Below are positions 51,013 to 59,812 of a DNA stretch of 64,000 bases, in pieces. The notes beneath the pieces are model-generated. The model did no database searches. It was not told where the DNA came from and saw nothing but the letters and a program-made list of their open reading frames with translations. Position 1 is the stretch's first letter. Each line of letters begins with the position of its first letter. Both the position numbers and the translations under genes were made by a program. This stretch comes from an uncultured Actinomycetota bacterium (lineage in GTDB: Bacteria > Actinomycetota > Thermoleophilia > Solirubrobacterales > Solirubrobacteraceae): assembly GCA_963846395.1 (NCBI GenBank), contig CAWJVT010000008.1, forward strand, positions 775,326 to 839,325. The letters run 5' to 3'.

Positions 51013-52007
51013 TCGAAGATCAGCACGAGGACGGCGGCCGCCAGCAGCCAGGGGGCGAGATCGGAGCTGCGGGCGGCGGGCGAGCCTTGGAGGCCAGTGA
51101 GATCAGCCGTAGCGCTCGGGCTCGCCGTCGGATCTCCGACATCAACTGCGACGGTCGCGCTTCGACTCAGGTGGGGGCCTGTCTCCGTCAACGAGTAGAG
51201 GCCGGGGCGCTCCAGCGTGAGCGACTGCGCCGCGCCGGTCAGCGAGATTGCGCGGACGGCGTGACCGGAGAGCGCGAGCATCAGTCGCCGGGTGCCAGGA
51301 GCTGCATCGACCATGAACGGCTCTCCCACCGACGCGGTGGCGGGAGCCCAAGCCGCGGCCCAGCTGACCAGATTCTCAGCGAGCAGCGGAAGCGCTGGGA
51401 GCTGTGGCAGATCCGAGCGAGCCGGGTCGAACGTGAGCATCGCCACCCGCTGGACCCCGTTTTGCCCCGCGGCAAGCAACGGGCCGCTCGGGCTCCAGGC
51501 CAGCGCCGACATGTAGCTCGGCAACGTGACCGCGTGAGCGCTTCCCGAATCGATCGACAGCGAGCTCAGGTCGATCCCGTCGAGCAAATCCGAGCCCTCG
51601 TCTGTCCCGCTCACCACCGTTTCCGCGAGTTGCCCACCTACGCGGCCTCCGGGAATCCGTGGAGGATCGATCAGGAAGACACTTGCCGACGGTGGCAGGC
51701 CGGACGGCGGCAGCCATCCATCGAGTACCGTAAGCCCGCTGACGCGAGCGTCGGCGGTCCGGTAGGTCCGAGGCGTCAGCGTCCGGAGGTGTACCCCGGG
51801 CACCGCTGCCAACGCCTCCGCCACGACCTGCGCGTCGTTCGGCTCCCCCACGAGCGTGACCGACAGTGGTTCTGAGGCATTACCAGGGCCCGGCACCGTG
51901 ATCCAGGCCTCATTGTCCTCAGGCAGCGCGTCGCGGCCGTTGAGCCGGAGCTCGATCTGCTGGTTGGGGCGGGATGCCAGGGTGAGGTCGGACTCGGACT
52001 CCGGCAT
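50967..52007 (-). CDS. hypothetical protein with C-terminal TM helix (Bat-like operon member)
   Basis: ORF 50967..52136. Start taken at MPESESD (52007) just downstream of the upstream gene's stop. C-terminal LAPWLLAAAVLVLIFEWGYWL. Confidence 0.45.
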   Translation of the reverse strand: MPESESDLTLASRPNQQIELRLNGRDALPEDNEAWITVPGPGNASEPLSVTLVGEPNDAQVVAEALAAVPGVHLRTLTPRTYRTADARVSGLTVLDGWLPPSGLPPSASVFLIDPPRIPGGRVGGQLAETVVSGTDEGSDLLDGIDLSSLSIDSGSAHAVTLPSYMSALAWSPSGPLLAAGQNGVQRVAMLTFDPARSDLPQLPALPLLAENLVSWAAAWAPATASVGEPFMVDAAPGTRRLMLALSGHAVRAISLTGAAQSLTLERPGLYSLTETGPHLSRSATVAVDVGDPTASPSATADLTGLQGSPAARSSDLAPWLLAAAVLVLIFEWGYWLGLRRRAVTR

Positions 52008-52032
52008 GACATCGATGCTTGACGACAGTGTC

Positions 52033-52797
52033 CTAAGCGCCGTCGTCGTACGCCATGAAGCTATCCCTGACCGAGTGCGGGCTGTGATTCGCGATGATCG
52101 CGAGCACCTCACAATCGCGCGTGGACCCGCCCGCACAGCGCGCTCCGACTGGGAAGATCCCCTGATCGGAGATCTGCGGCCCGATTGAGATCACGTGCAT
52201 TTGCGAAGCCCCCACACGAACCGCTGGGGCGGGATCCTCGGGCGCGCGCAGCACGACGAACCTGAAGTCCCCGCCGTCGCTCGCACGAGCAGCCAGGGCG
52301 AGTGCCCCGGACAGCGTGGACGGAGCCGTACCCGGCCTCACACCTTTCAGCGCCTGCCGCACACCGGCCGGGGCTCCGCTGTACAGCAGCCGCGGCGAAC
52401 CGTCTGCCAGTACCAGGTCGGCCTTCGCCGTCGCTGGAAGCCGCGCGGCCAGCGCGGCCACGCGGGCAAGCGCTGCGGGCATCCGCCCGGCCGCCGACAT
52501 CCAGAACGAGCCGTCGATCACATAAACCGTCCCGCGCTCGTCACCGACGCGCGAAGTCGCAGGCCTCGCCAACGCGGCCACGATGAGGGTGACGGCCAGG
52601 ACCTGCAACGCAAGCAGCAGCGGTAGGCGCGGCAGCTTCGTCCACGTGCGCCGGCGCGCTGATGCGGGCTCGAGGTCCAACCAGAGGCGCAGGCTGGGCA
52701 CGTCTTGGCTGTGGCGGCGATCGTGCCGAAGGTGAAGGATCACCAACGGAACCAGTACCGCAAGTCCGGCCAGTGCCCAGGGAGTGAGCAGGCTCAT
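52033..52797 (-). CDS. BatA N-terminal domain (aerotolerance-regulator N-terminal) protein
   Basis: MSLLTPWALAGLAVLVPLVILHLRHDRR matches the PF07584 pattern. Confidence 0.6.
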   Translation of the reverse strand: MSLLTPWALAGLAVLVPLVILHLRHDRRHSQDVPSLRLWLDLEPASARRRTWTKLPRLPLLLALQVLAVTLIVAALARPATSRVGDERGTVYVIDGSFWMSAAGRMPAALARVAALAARLPATAKADLVLADGSPRLLYSGAPAGVRQALKGVRPGTAPSTLSGALALAARASDGGDFRFVVLRAPEDPAPAVRVGASQMHVISIGPQISDQGIFPVGARCAGGSTRDCEVLAIIANHSPHSVRDSFMAYDDGA

Positions 52798-52845
52798 GAG
52801 CTCGTCACCGGGGTTGCGCCAAGGCGCGAGGGACGCGCCGAACTC

Positions 52846-54480
52846 TCACCAGCGCTTTGACACCGTGGGCGCCGAGCTGAAGTAGTTCTGCAGTAGGGCG
52901 TTGTCGACGGGCCCGATGTCTGCGCTCGGGGGAATGTAGGGAAGCCTCACCGCGGTCGCCGAGCCGCCGCCACTCTCGGTCGAGCTTCGTGCTCGCCCAT
53001 TGCCCCCTGATCCGCTGGCGGGGCTACCACTCTTGGGGCCGGATTTGCTGCGGACGGGCGTGTAGCCGGCCTGAATTGGAAGTCTGGCGGACCCGGTCGG
53101 CAGCCGCGTGGTTTGGGGTCGGCCAAATGGGCTGCCGCCAGAGCCCGCACCTGCAGAGTTGCCCACGGAATGACCTGGACCAGCAGGCGACCGTTGGGTG
53201 TGCACCGCGGACTGGCCGGACGGGCTGCTCGTCTTCCCCGTCGCGTGAGCTTGACTATTGCCGCTGGCCGCAGCCTTCGCTGAGCTATGCGAACTCGTGG
53301 CCCGGTTCGAAGCAAACCTTCCGGCGCGGCTGCCGCCACCGACGCGCTGGGGGTTGGTCGTATGTCCGCCGGCGGCACGACGAGTCGACGCAGCTCTGCC
53401 ACCGTGGGCCGATCCAGCTGGATGCGTGCTCGCTTGAGCGTTCGAGCTACTGCCCGCGCGTCTGTCCGCGCCACCACTGGCGCCTCGTGTACCAGCCTTG
53501 GCGCCCAGGTCGGCCGTTTGCGATCCACGCCGGCCGACTGCCCCGGAGGACGTACGCTGATTATCGCCCCCGGCCGGTAACCGGCCCCCAACGCTAGCGC
53601 TCTGTGCCGGCGTTACCACGCTCAGTGCCGAGTTCCGGCCGGCCGATTTCGGTGACGACGCCGTCTCGCGTCTCTCGCCCGGCCCGACATTTCGGGTCTG
53701 CCCGGCAATGAGGCGGCGCTCGTGCTTTGCGCCGCCGGCACCCGTCCCCGACGTCGGAGCCGCCCGGTTCCCCGCCGAGGTCCCAGTGCCCGGTGGTCCA
53801 AGCCCAGGCAACTCGCCGCGGCCGGCGATGGAAACGAGCAGCAGCGAGATGATCAGGAGCGCACCGCCACTTACGAGCCACTCACGTTTGGCCGATCTGT
53901 GCGTCGGTCTCAGGCCGCTTTGGTGACCGGTGGCCAGTGCGGCGTTAGCCTGGGCCAACACCAACCCCGCAAGGCCGTCAACGGCGAGCCCGGCGCCCGC
54001 GATTTCGACGGCCGTTCCGACGCGCTCGTCTAGTGCCAGGTCGCGATCGAACACCCGCGCCACCTCGCGCTGGCTGGGCTCGCGCCACGAGCCCGCGAGC
54101 ACCACGGCTAGCGCAGCGAGTGGCGGCACGGAGAGGCAGAGTGCCACCGCAAGATTCAGCATCGCGCCGCTCACCGCGACTACCAACGCAATCAGGGCAC
54201 CTAGGCTGAGTGCCACTGAGAGTCCGCGCGGTGCGAGCACAAAGAGGCGCTCCCTCGCGAACCGCCGGCCCCATCGAGCCAGCGCTTCGTCAAGCTGGCC
54301 GGTGGACCGCCCGCCATTTTCGATCGCTCCCAGGTCTGATTGAGCGGGATTCCCCGGGAGCACAGAGACGACGTCGACAACATCGCTGCGCAGCCACCCG
54401 ACAGCATCGAGGCTGAGACCCCGCACCCCCGAGGCCGAGCGGTCACTCGGCCTGGAAGCCGCCTGCATTCGAATTGCCAA
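52846..54480 (-). CDS. membrane protein with about 330-aa Ser/Gly/Ala/Arg-rich low-complexity (disordered) region
   Basis: 544-aa ORF. Double TM near residues 90-140. Residues about 215-540 are almost entirely S/G/A/R/T. Confidence 0.45.
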   Translation of the reverse strand: MAIRMQAASRPSDRSASGVRGLSLDAVGWLRSDVVDVVSVLPGNPAQSDLGAIENGGRSTGQLDEALARWGRRFARERLFVLAPRGLSVALSLGALIALVVAVSGAMLNLAVALCLSVPPLAALAVVLAGSWREPSQREVARVFDRDLALDERVGTAVEIAGAGLAVDGLAGLVLAQANAALATGHQSGLRPTHRSAKREWLVSGGALLIISLLLVSIAGRGELPGLGPPGTGTSAGNRAAPTSGTGAGGAKHERRLIAGQTRNVGPGERRETASSPKSAGRNSALSVVTPAQSASVGGRLPAGGDNQRTSSGAVGRRGSQTADLGAKAGTRGASGGADRRAGSSSNAQASTHPAGSAHGGRAASTRRAAGGHTTNPQRVGGGSRAGRFASNRATSSHSSAKAAASGNSQAHATGKTSSPSGQSAVHTQRSPAGPGHSVGNSAGAGSGGSPFGRPQTTRLPTGSARLPIQAGYTPVRSKSGPKSGSPASGSGGNGRARSSTESGGGSATAVRLPYIPPSADIGPVDNALLQNYFSSAPTVSKRW

Positions 54481-54559
54481 TTGGCGGATTTGCGCCTCCT
54501 GCAGAGCCGCTGGGGTTGCGCGTTCAGCTTGTCACCTGAGGGCTGGGTGATCAAGCAGC

Positions 54560-54592
54560 ATGCCTGGGTTCGAATCCCATGTCTCCGCGTTG
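54560..54592 (+). other. tRNA-like fragment (T-loop GGTTCGAATCC with partial stem) abutting the IS110 remnant
   Basis: CCTGGGTTCGAATCCCATGTCTCCGCG. No complete cloverleaf could be assembled from the upstream sequence. Confidence 0.3.
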
Positions 54593-54689
54593 GCGTCGCC
54601 CGAGCCCTGAGCAGCCAGGGAGGCAGGTCAGATCGCGCCGAGGGAGTAACAGAAGGAGTAACCAGCAACCCGACCCGCGGGTCAGTGCG

Positions 54690-55298
54690 AGCAATCGGGC
54701 GAAGCTCAAGCTCGATCGCGGTGATCTGCCGGTCCAGATCGTCGACGACCTCGAGCAGCATGCGAATCGATTGGACCCACACTGCCGGCACGTCACGCTC
54801 CACCAGGCGCTCAAGCGAACCGGGTTTGCGCAGCGTGCTCAGGCTGCCACGCAACCCCCACTGCGTCAGCAACCCGAACATCCGGTTACGCGCCGAGGTG
54901 CGCGGGTGCACAAGATGCTCACGGCGTCTCAGGCGCTCACGTAACTCACGGTCACTGAGCGATGGGACCCACAGCTCGGGCACGAGATCCCGGGCTGCGA
55001 GCTGTGCCAGCACACGAGCGTCGACCTTGTCGGTCTTGCACGCCAACGGTGCGATCGCCTTGACCTTCCGTGCGTCCGCGACCGCGAACCGCCAGCCACA
55101 TGCCTGCAACTGCTCCCGCACCCACACCGCGCCGCTCATCATCTCCACGCACCCGTAGGCGTCCGTGCCAAGGGTGTGAACCAGCCGGGCGAGCCCGTCC
55201 TGATCCGCGGACACCGTTCCCTCGAGCATCTCGCCGTGCTCATCAAACGCACACCACGCCGCCCTGCGGGTGCCCCAATCGATCCCGACATACTGCAT
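54690..55298 (-). mobile_element. IS110-family transposase, N-terminal DEDD domain only (truncated/pseudogene)
   Basis: MQYVGIDWGTRRAAWCAFDEHGEM... and KTDKVDARVLAQLA match the IS110 N-terminal domain. The expected C-terminal transposase_20 domain is absent; the ORF tail (54201..54690) looks non-proteinaceous. Confidence 0.6.
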
Positions 55299-55540
55299 GA
55301 GGGCCTCCTTCGAGGAGTCGCTTCTCGCCGAAGCACAGATTCTTCGCGGGAGGCCCGACGTCTCACTACTGTGCTGCGGCCACCGCCTTCATGACAGTCG
55401 CTTTGGGATCAGGAGGTGGTTACTCGCTCGTAGCTAGCGGTCCGGGGCGTTGTCGTGGCCGTGGGTGCCGTCCGAGCGGGAACGCTCGGGTTCGGCCTCT
55501 GCTGGTGTGAGCGGAGCGGCCGCCGGGGAGCTGGGATTGG

Positions 55541-56638
55541 CTAGGTCCGTGAGGCCTGCGCGTTTAGATCAGGAGTCTGGCGGATGAACTCGGGTAGTGC
55601 GAAGCGTTCGAAGATGCCGGCGAGTCGTCGCGCGTCGATTGGTTGTTCGGGAAGACGGGACGCGTCTGGCGTGTCCGTCGATCGGACGATGAAGGCCGTT
55701 ACGTCACTGATGAGTGCGCCTCGCAAGCTCAGCACGTTGAGCGCGAACGGGAGGTACACGCCGGCGGGACCGTCCCAGGCGTAGAACGCGAGCGCCGGCT
55801 GAGCGTTCGCGTGGGTGAGCACGGCCCGCCACTGCCATGCGCCGGACAAGGAGTACTCCCTCGCCCACATCGTGATCGTCTCACGCGACGTGTACCAGGT
55901 CGTCAGCGGCGGCATCGCGAAGCTGGCATCGTGCGCTAGGAGTGAGGCGAACGCGGCCGCGTCGCAACGTTCCCACGCCTCGATGTAGCGCTCGACAAGC
56001 TCTCGCAGGCGCCGGTCGCCCAGCGATCCCAGGGTCGCCTGTTGCGTTCGCGACGGAACGCGGTCAGCCACTGCGATCCGCGCGCGCTGGAGCGCGCTGT
56101 TGACCGAGGCAACAGTGGTCTGGAGGATCGCTGCCACCTCTTGAGCGGAGAATCCAAGGACCTCACGCAAGATCAGCACGGCGCGCTGGTTCGCGTTGAG
56201 CAACTGCAGCGCAGCGACGAACGCGAGCTCAACACCCTCGCGGCGCTCATAGATCGCGTCAGGCGAGCTGCGCCCAGCCACTACTCCGATCACCTCATCG
56301 GGGTATGGCTCGAGCCAAAGTGACTCGCCGGCCGGAGTTCCGGGAGGCGCGTGCGCCTCGGCCGCTGGCCCGTAATCCTGGGGAAGCGCCCGCCGACGTC
56401 GGCGGTCAAGTTCCGTCAGGCACACATTTGTCGCAATCGTATACAGCCACGCGCGCGCGGAGCGCGCTTCGTGCAACGCCGCAGCGCCACGCCAGGCCCG
56501 AAGCAGCGTCTCCTGCACAGCATCGTCGGCGTCATGCACCGAGCCGAGCATCCGATAGCAATGCGCGTGCAGCTCGACCCGGTGCGACTCAACCAGCACC
56601 TGAAAGTCGCGATCGACTTGGCCAGGGGCCACGCTCAT
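55541..56638 (-). CDS. ECF41-family RNA polymerase sigma factor with C-terminal SnoaL-like extension
   Basis: Sigma-2 region (FQVLVESHRVELHAHCYRMLGSVHDADDAVQETLLRAW), sigma-4 region, the ECF41-type WLEPYPDEV motif, and about 150 extra C-terminal residues. Confidence 0.78.
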   Translation of the reverse strand: MSVAPGQVDRDFQVLVESHRVELHAHCYRMLGSVHDADDAVQETLLRAWRGAAALHEARSARAWLYTIATNVCLTELDRRRRRALPQDYGPAAEAHAPPGTPAGESLWLEPYPDEVIGVVAGRSSPDAIYERREGVELAFVAALQLLNANQRAVLILREVLGFSAQEVAAILQTTVASVNSALQRARIAVADRVPSRTQQATLGSLGDRRLRELVERYIEAWERCDAAAFASLLAHDASFAMPPLTTWYTSRETITMWAREYSLSGAWQWRAVLTHANAQPALAFYAWDGPAGVYLPFALNVLSLRGALISDVTAFIVRSTDTPDASRLPEQPIDARRLAGIFERFALPEFIRQTPDLNAQASRT

Positions 56639-57027
56639 TTCGTCTCGACCACCATCAGTGTGTGGCCGGTCGAATCCCGGAACCAAAACATTGGCGGCAC
56701 CGGGTCTCCCATCCGTGACACCTCAGCGTCAACATCCACCCCACGGTCGCGAAACTCGGCGTGAGCCCTGTCGATGTCATCAGTGTCCAGCGTGATCCCG
56801 GTCAGTATCGGATCAACATCCTGCCCGGGCGGCGGAGGCGCGATCGCGATCCCAGTCGGCCCCTCCGGAGGGTAGACCTCGATCCAGCGATAACCGCCCC
56901 CGAATGGAGCGTCAACGCGCTTCTCAAAACCGATCGACTCGTAGAACGCAAGCGCGCGGTCCTGATCAAGCGTCGGCACGCACACCAGGCCAATCCCGCG
57001 GATCGAGGTAGCCGTGGTACTCATCAT
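56635..57027 (-). CDS. VOC family protein (glyoxalase/bleomycin-resistance fold)
   Basis: Small ORF resembling the VOC fold (GIGLVCVPTLDQDRALAFYESIGFE). ATGA overlap with the sigma factor gene. Confidence 0.65.
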   Translation of the reverse strand: MMSTTATSIRGIGLVCVPTLDQDRALAFYESIGFEKRVDAPFGGGYRWIEVYPPEGPTGIAIAPPPPGQDVDPILTGITLDTDDIDRAHAEFRDRGVDVDAEVSRMGDPVPPMFWFRDSTGHTLMVVETK

Positions 57028-57789
57028 GCATCCTCCTGTAATAGAGATCACGGACCTTAAGACCAAGCCGACCGCGCAAACTCATCGCTCCGTAACGAAT
57101 GCAATGGCACGAAACGGACACTCCCGTCCGGGCGGAGAGTGTCGGAATGATCGGTGCGACGCGAGGTCGCACACCATGAGTGAACAACGCTGTTTGGAGG
57201 CTGGATCGATGATGTAGAGCGTTGTTTCAGGTCCGTGCTCGGTGGCCTGTCCCTGCCCTGACGTGCGTTGTCCGGCTCTTGGCCGGGTGGGGTGCGAAGC
57301 TCGGGGGAAAGCCCAAGCAGCTGCTCGTTCCATCCGGGTGGCAGCAGGCGAGGGGAAGATCGGTCGGGTGAATTGCGTGAACCCTCGTTGATGCCTCGTC
57401 AACCGTGGGCTCCGGCAGGTGGAAGCTGGTCCGGGGTGCAGGGACGGTGTCGTTGAAATGCGGCAGACGCCGGCTGGGCACGATCTCCAGTCCGGGGCGG
57501 GCACCGTTGTCCCCGGGGTATAGAGGGCACCCTTCCCGGTCGTGTCTCGTGTGTGCGGAACGCGGTAACCCCGTCGTGGTCCAACCCCGCAGGGGGTTGG
57601 GAAGCTGACCGTGAGGAGGGCCTGATTCCTCGGCGGGAACAGGATGACCAAGAAGCGAATGTCGGTGGTCGAAAGGCGACAGGAAACCATCGCGGTTGAT
57701 CGGTCCTCCAACTGATCGCGGTGGATAACTGGCCGGATACCGGGCCTTGTGCCCGGCCGCGAAAGCGGGCTGACGTGGTCAGGTGAGCT

Positions 57790-59553
57790 GTGGGGAGAAA
57801 GAAGCCGAAGATGCTGGAACCGAAGGACAAACTAGACGCCACCGCGATAGCGGTGGCGAGTGGACCAGAGGACGCGATCCTTGACTGGCGCCAGATCGAT
57901 TGGCGTGAGGTTGAGGAACAAGTACGGCGGTTGCGGCAGCGGATCTTCACGGCGTCTAGGGCGGGGGACCTTTCGAGGGTCCGCCGGTTGCAGAGGTTGA
58001 TGCTCCGGTCGCGTGCGAACACGTTGGTCAGTGTGCGCAGGGTGACCGAGCGCAATGCTGGACGTCTGACGGCGGGTGTTGACGGGGAGGTGGTGATCAC
58101 CCCGGAAGCCAAGCTGAAACTGGTTGACAGGGTGCAGCATCAAGCCGAGCCGTTCAAGGCCTTGCCGGTCAGGCGTGTGTTCATCCCGAAGGCAGGCGGC
58201 AAGAAGCGCCCGCTCGGTATTCCCGTGATCCTCGACCGGGTCCATCAGGCCCGTGTCGCGAACGCGTTGGAGCCTGAGTGGGAGGCACGGTTTGAACCGA
58301 GGTCCTATGGATTTCGGCCCGGCCGTGGCTGCCAGGACGCGATCCGGGCGGTGTTCGAGGTCGTCAAGGGCAAAGACCCGAAACGACCATGGCTGCTCGA
58401 CGCGGACCTGGCCGGGGCGTTCGACAAGATCGGTCACGACCACCTGATGGTCATGCTCGGCGCGTTTCCCGGCAGGGGAATGATCCGGCAATGGCTGAAG
58501 GCCGGTGTGATCGAGAACGGTCGACTGTCCCGCACCGAGGAGGGAACTCCTCAGGGCGGGGTGATCAGCCCCGTGCTTTTGAACATCGCGCTGCACGGGA
58601 TAGAGACAGCCGCCGGAGTCAGATACCTACCCACAGGTTGGGTCAGGGTCGATTCCCCGGTTCTGATCAGATACGCCGACGATTTCGTTGTGCACTGCCA
58701 CACCAGGCAGGACGCGATCGAGATCAAGGCACGGCTCGCCGGATGGCTGGCGCCGAGGGGTCTTGCGTTCAACGAGGACAAGACACGTGTTGTCACTCTC
58801 GATGAGGGCTTCGATTTCCTCGGGTTCAACGTCCGCCGCTACCGGCACACGCCGCTGATCAAACCCAGCAAAGCGGCTGTCAGACGGGTCCGGGAACGGC
58901 TCCGCCAGGAGGTGTGGTCCCTGCGTGGGTCCAACGCCGCCGCGGTGATCAAACGCCTGAACCCGATCATCAGGGGATGGGCGGCCTACTACCGGACGCA
59001 GGTATCAGCGCGAATCTTTAGCGCGCTGGATAACTACCTGTGGCGGCTCATTTACAAATGGGCTGTCATCAGCCACAGCAACCGACCGAAGCTCTGGGTT
59101 ATCGCCCAATATTTCGGCCGATTCAACAAGGCCCGGAACGACCGGTGGGTGTTCGGTGACCGCGCAAGCGGCGCCTACCTCCACAAGTTCGCCTGGACAA
59201 ACATCATCCGGCACCAGATCGTCAAACACGGAGCATCAACCGATGACCCCGACCTGACCGACTACTGGGCTCGCAGGCGGCGCAGAACCCTGCTGCCGAT
59301 CAACCAGACCACCCGACGGCTCCTCGCCGTCCAGGACGGCCGATGCGCGATCTGCAACAGCACGCTCTACGCCGACAGGCAGCCAGCCAGCACCCAGCAA
59401 TGGGAGCAATGGCTGCGAAACGCCCGCACGAGCATCACCGTGCAGGCACCGAGCACACCGGAGGCTGACTACCGTCTCATCCACACCGACTGCCACCAAG
59501 ACAGCCGACCAGCAGTACCTCTGCGCACCCAGACGCCCCAAGGGCTTGCTTGA
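57790..59553 (+). CDS. group II intron reverse transcriptase/maturase with HNH endonuclease domain
   Basis: RT motifs (FIPKAGGKKRPLGIP, YADDFVVH), maturase X domain (RGWAAYY) and a C-terminal HNH (CAICN...H). Confidence 0.9.
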   Translation: MGRKKPKMLEPKDKLDATAIAVASGPEDAILDWRQIDWREVEEQVRRLRQRIFTASRAGDLSRVRRLQRLMLRSRANTLVSVRRVTERNAGRLTAGVDGEVVITPEAKLKLVDRVQHQAEPFKALPVRRVFIPKAGGKKRPLGIPVILDRVHQARVANALEPEWEARFEPRSYGFRPGRGCQDAIRAVFEVVKGKDPKRPWLLDADLAGAFDKIGHDHLMVMLGAFPGRGMIRQWLKAGVIENGRLSRTEEGTPQGGVISPVLLNIALHGIETAAGVRYLPTGWVRVDSPVLIRYADDFVVHCHTRQDAIEIKARLAGWLAPRGLAFNEDKTRVVTLDEGFDFLGFNVRRYRHTPLIKPSKAAVRRVRERLRQEVWSLRGSNAAAVIKRLNPIIRGWAAYYRTQVSARIFSALDNYLWRLIYKWAVISHSNRPKLWVIAQYFGRFNKARNDRWVFGDRASGAYLHKFAWTNIIRHQIVKHGASTDDPDLTDYWARRRRRTLLPINQTTRRLLAVQDGRCAICNSTLYADRQPASTQQWEQWLRNARTSITVQAPSTPEADYRLIHTDCHQDSRPAVPLRTQTPQGLA

Positions 59554-59585
59554 GCCGGATGCTCGGAAACGGGCACGTCCGGTTC
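59552..59585 (+). ncRNA. group II intron domain V (catalytic hairpin)
   Basis: GAGCCGGATGCTCGGAAACGGGCACGTCCGGTTC. The AGC triad pairs with GUU through a G-U wobble, the canonical domain V architecture. Confidence 0.75.
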
Positions 59586-59812
59586 TGAGGGGGGCCGGGC
59601 GCAGCAATGCGCTCGGCCTACCTGACAGCACCGGAAGCGCTCCTAGCCCAAAGCAGCACTCAGGGTCGGGTTGCCGGAATGGCGACTGAGCGAAGTGTTG
59701 TCGGCCTATCGCCGTTGTGATGGCGTCGATGCTGATCGGGTCTTCCACGTCGCGCGTTCGCTCGACGGTGGAGGTTCGCTTGGTCGGCCTGGACAGGTGT
59801 TTGGTGCCTGGG

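Larger units (their letters stand above)
57154..59630 (+). mobile_element. group II intron (bacterial type) with intron-encoded protein; boundaries approximate
   Basis: GTGCG at 57154 as candidate 5' end. IEP ORF in the expected domain IV position. Canonical domain V at 59552..59585. GNRA-capped domain VI-like hairpin at about 59593..59618. Confidence 0.7.

Noticed and set aside
54481-54592. Possible complete tRNA gene upstream of the IS110 remnant
   Set aside because: No acceptor-stem partner for TCTCCGC, and no anticodon arm could be found within normal tRNA length. Kept only as a tRNA-like fragment.
54201-54690. C-terminal 160 codons of ORF 54201..55298
   Set aside because: Trp/Cys/Arg-rich translation lacking the IS110 transposase_20 motifs. 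Interpreted as read-through beyond a truncated transposase.
57082-57711. 209-aa minus-strand ORF
   Set aside because: Lies antisense within the predicted domain I-III region of the group II intron. Pro/Arg/Thr-rich with no motifs.
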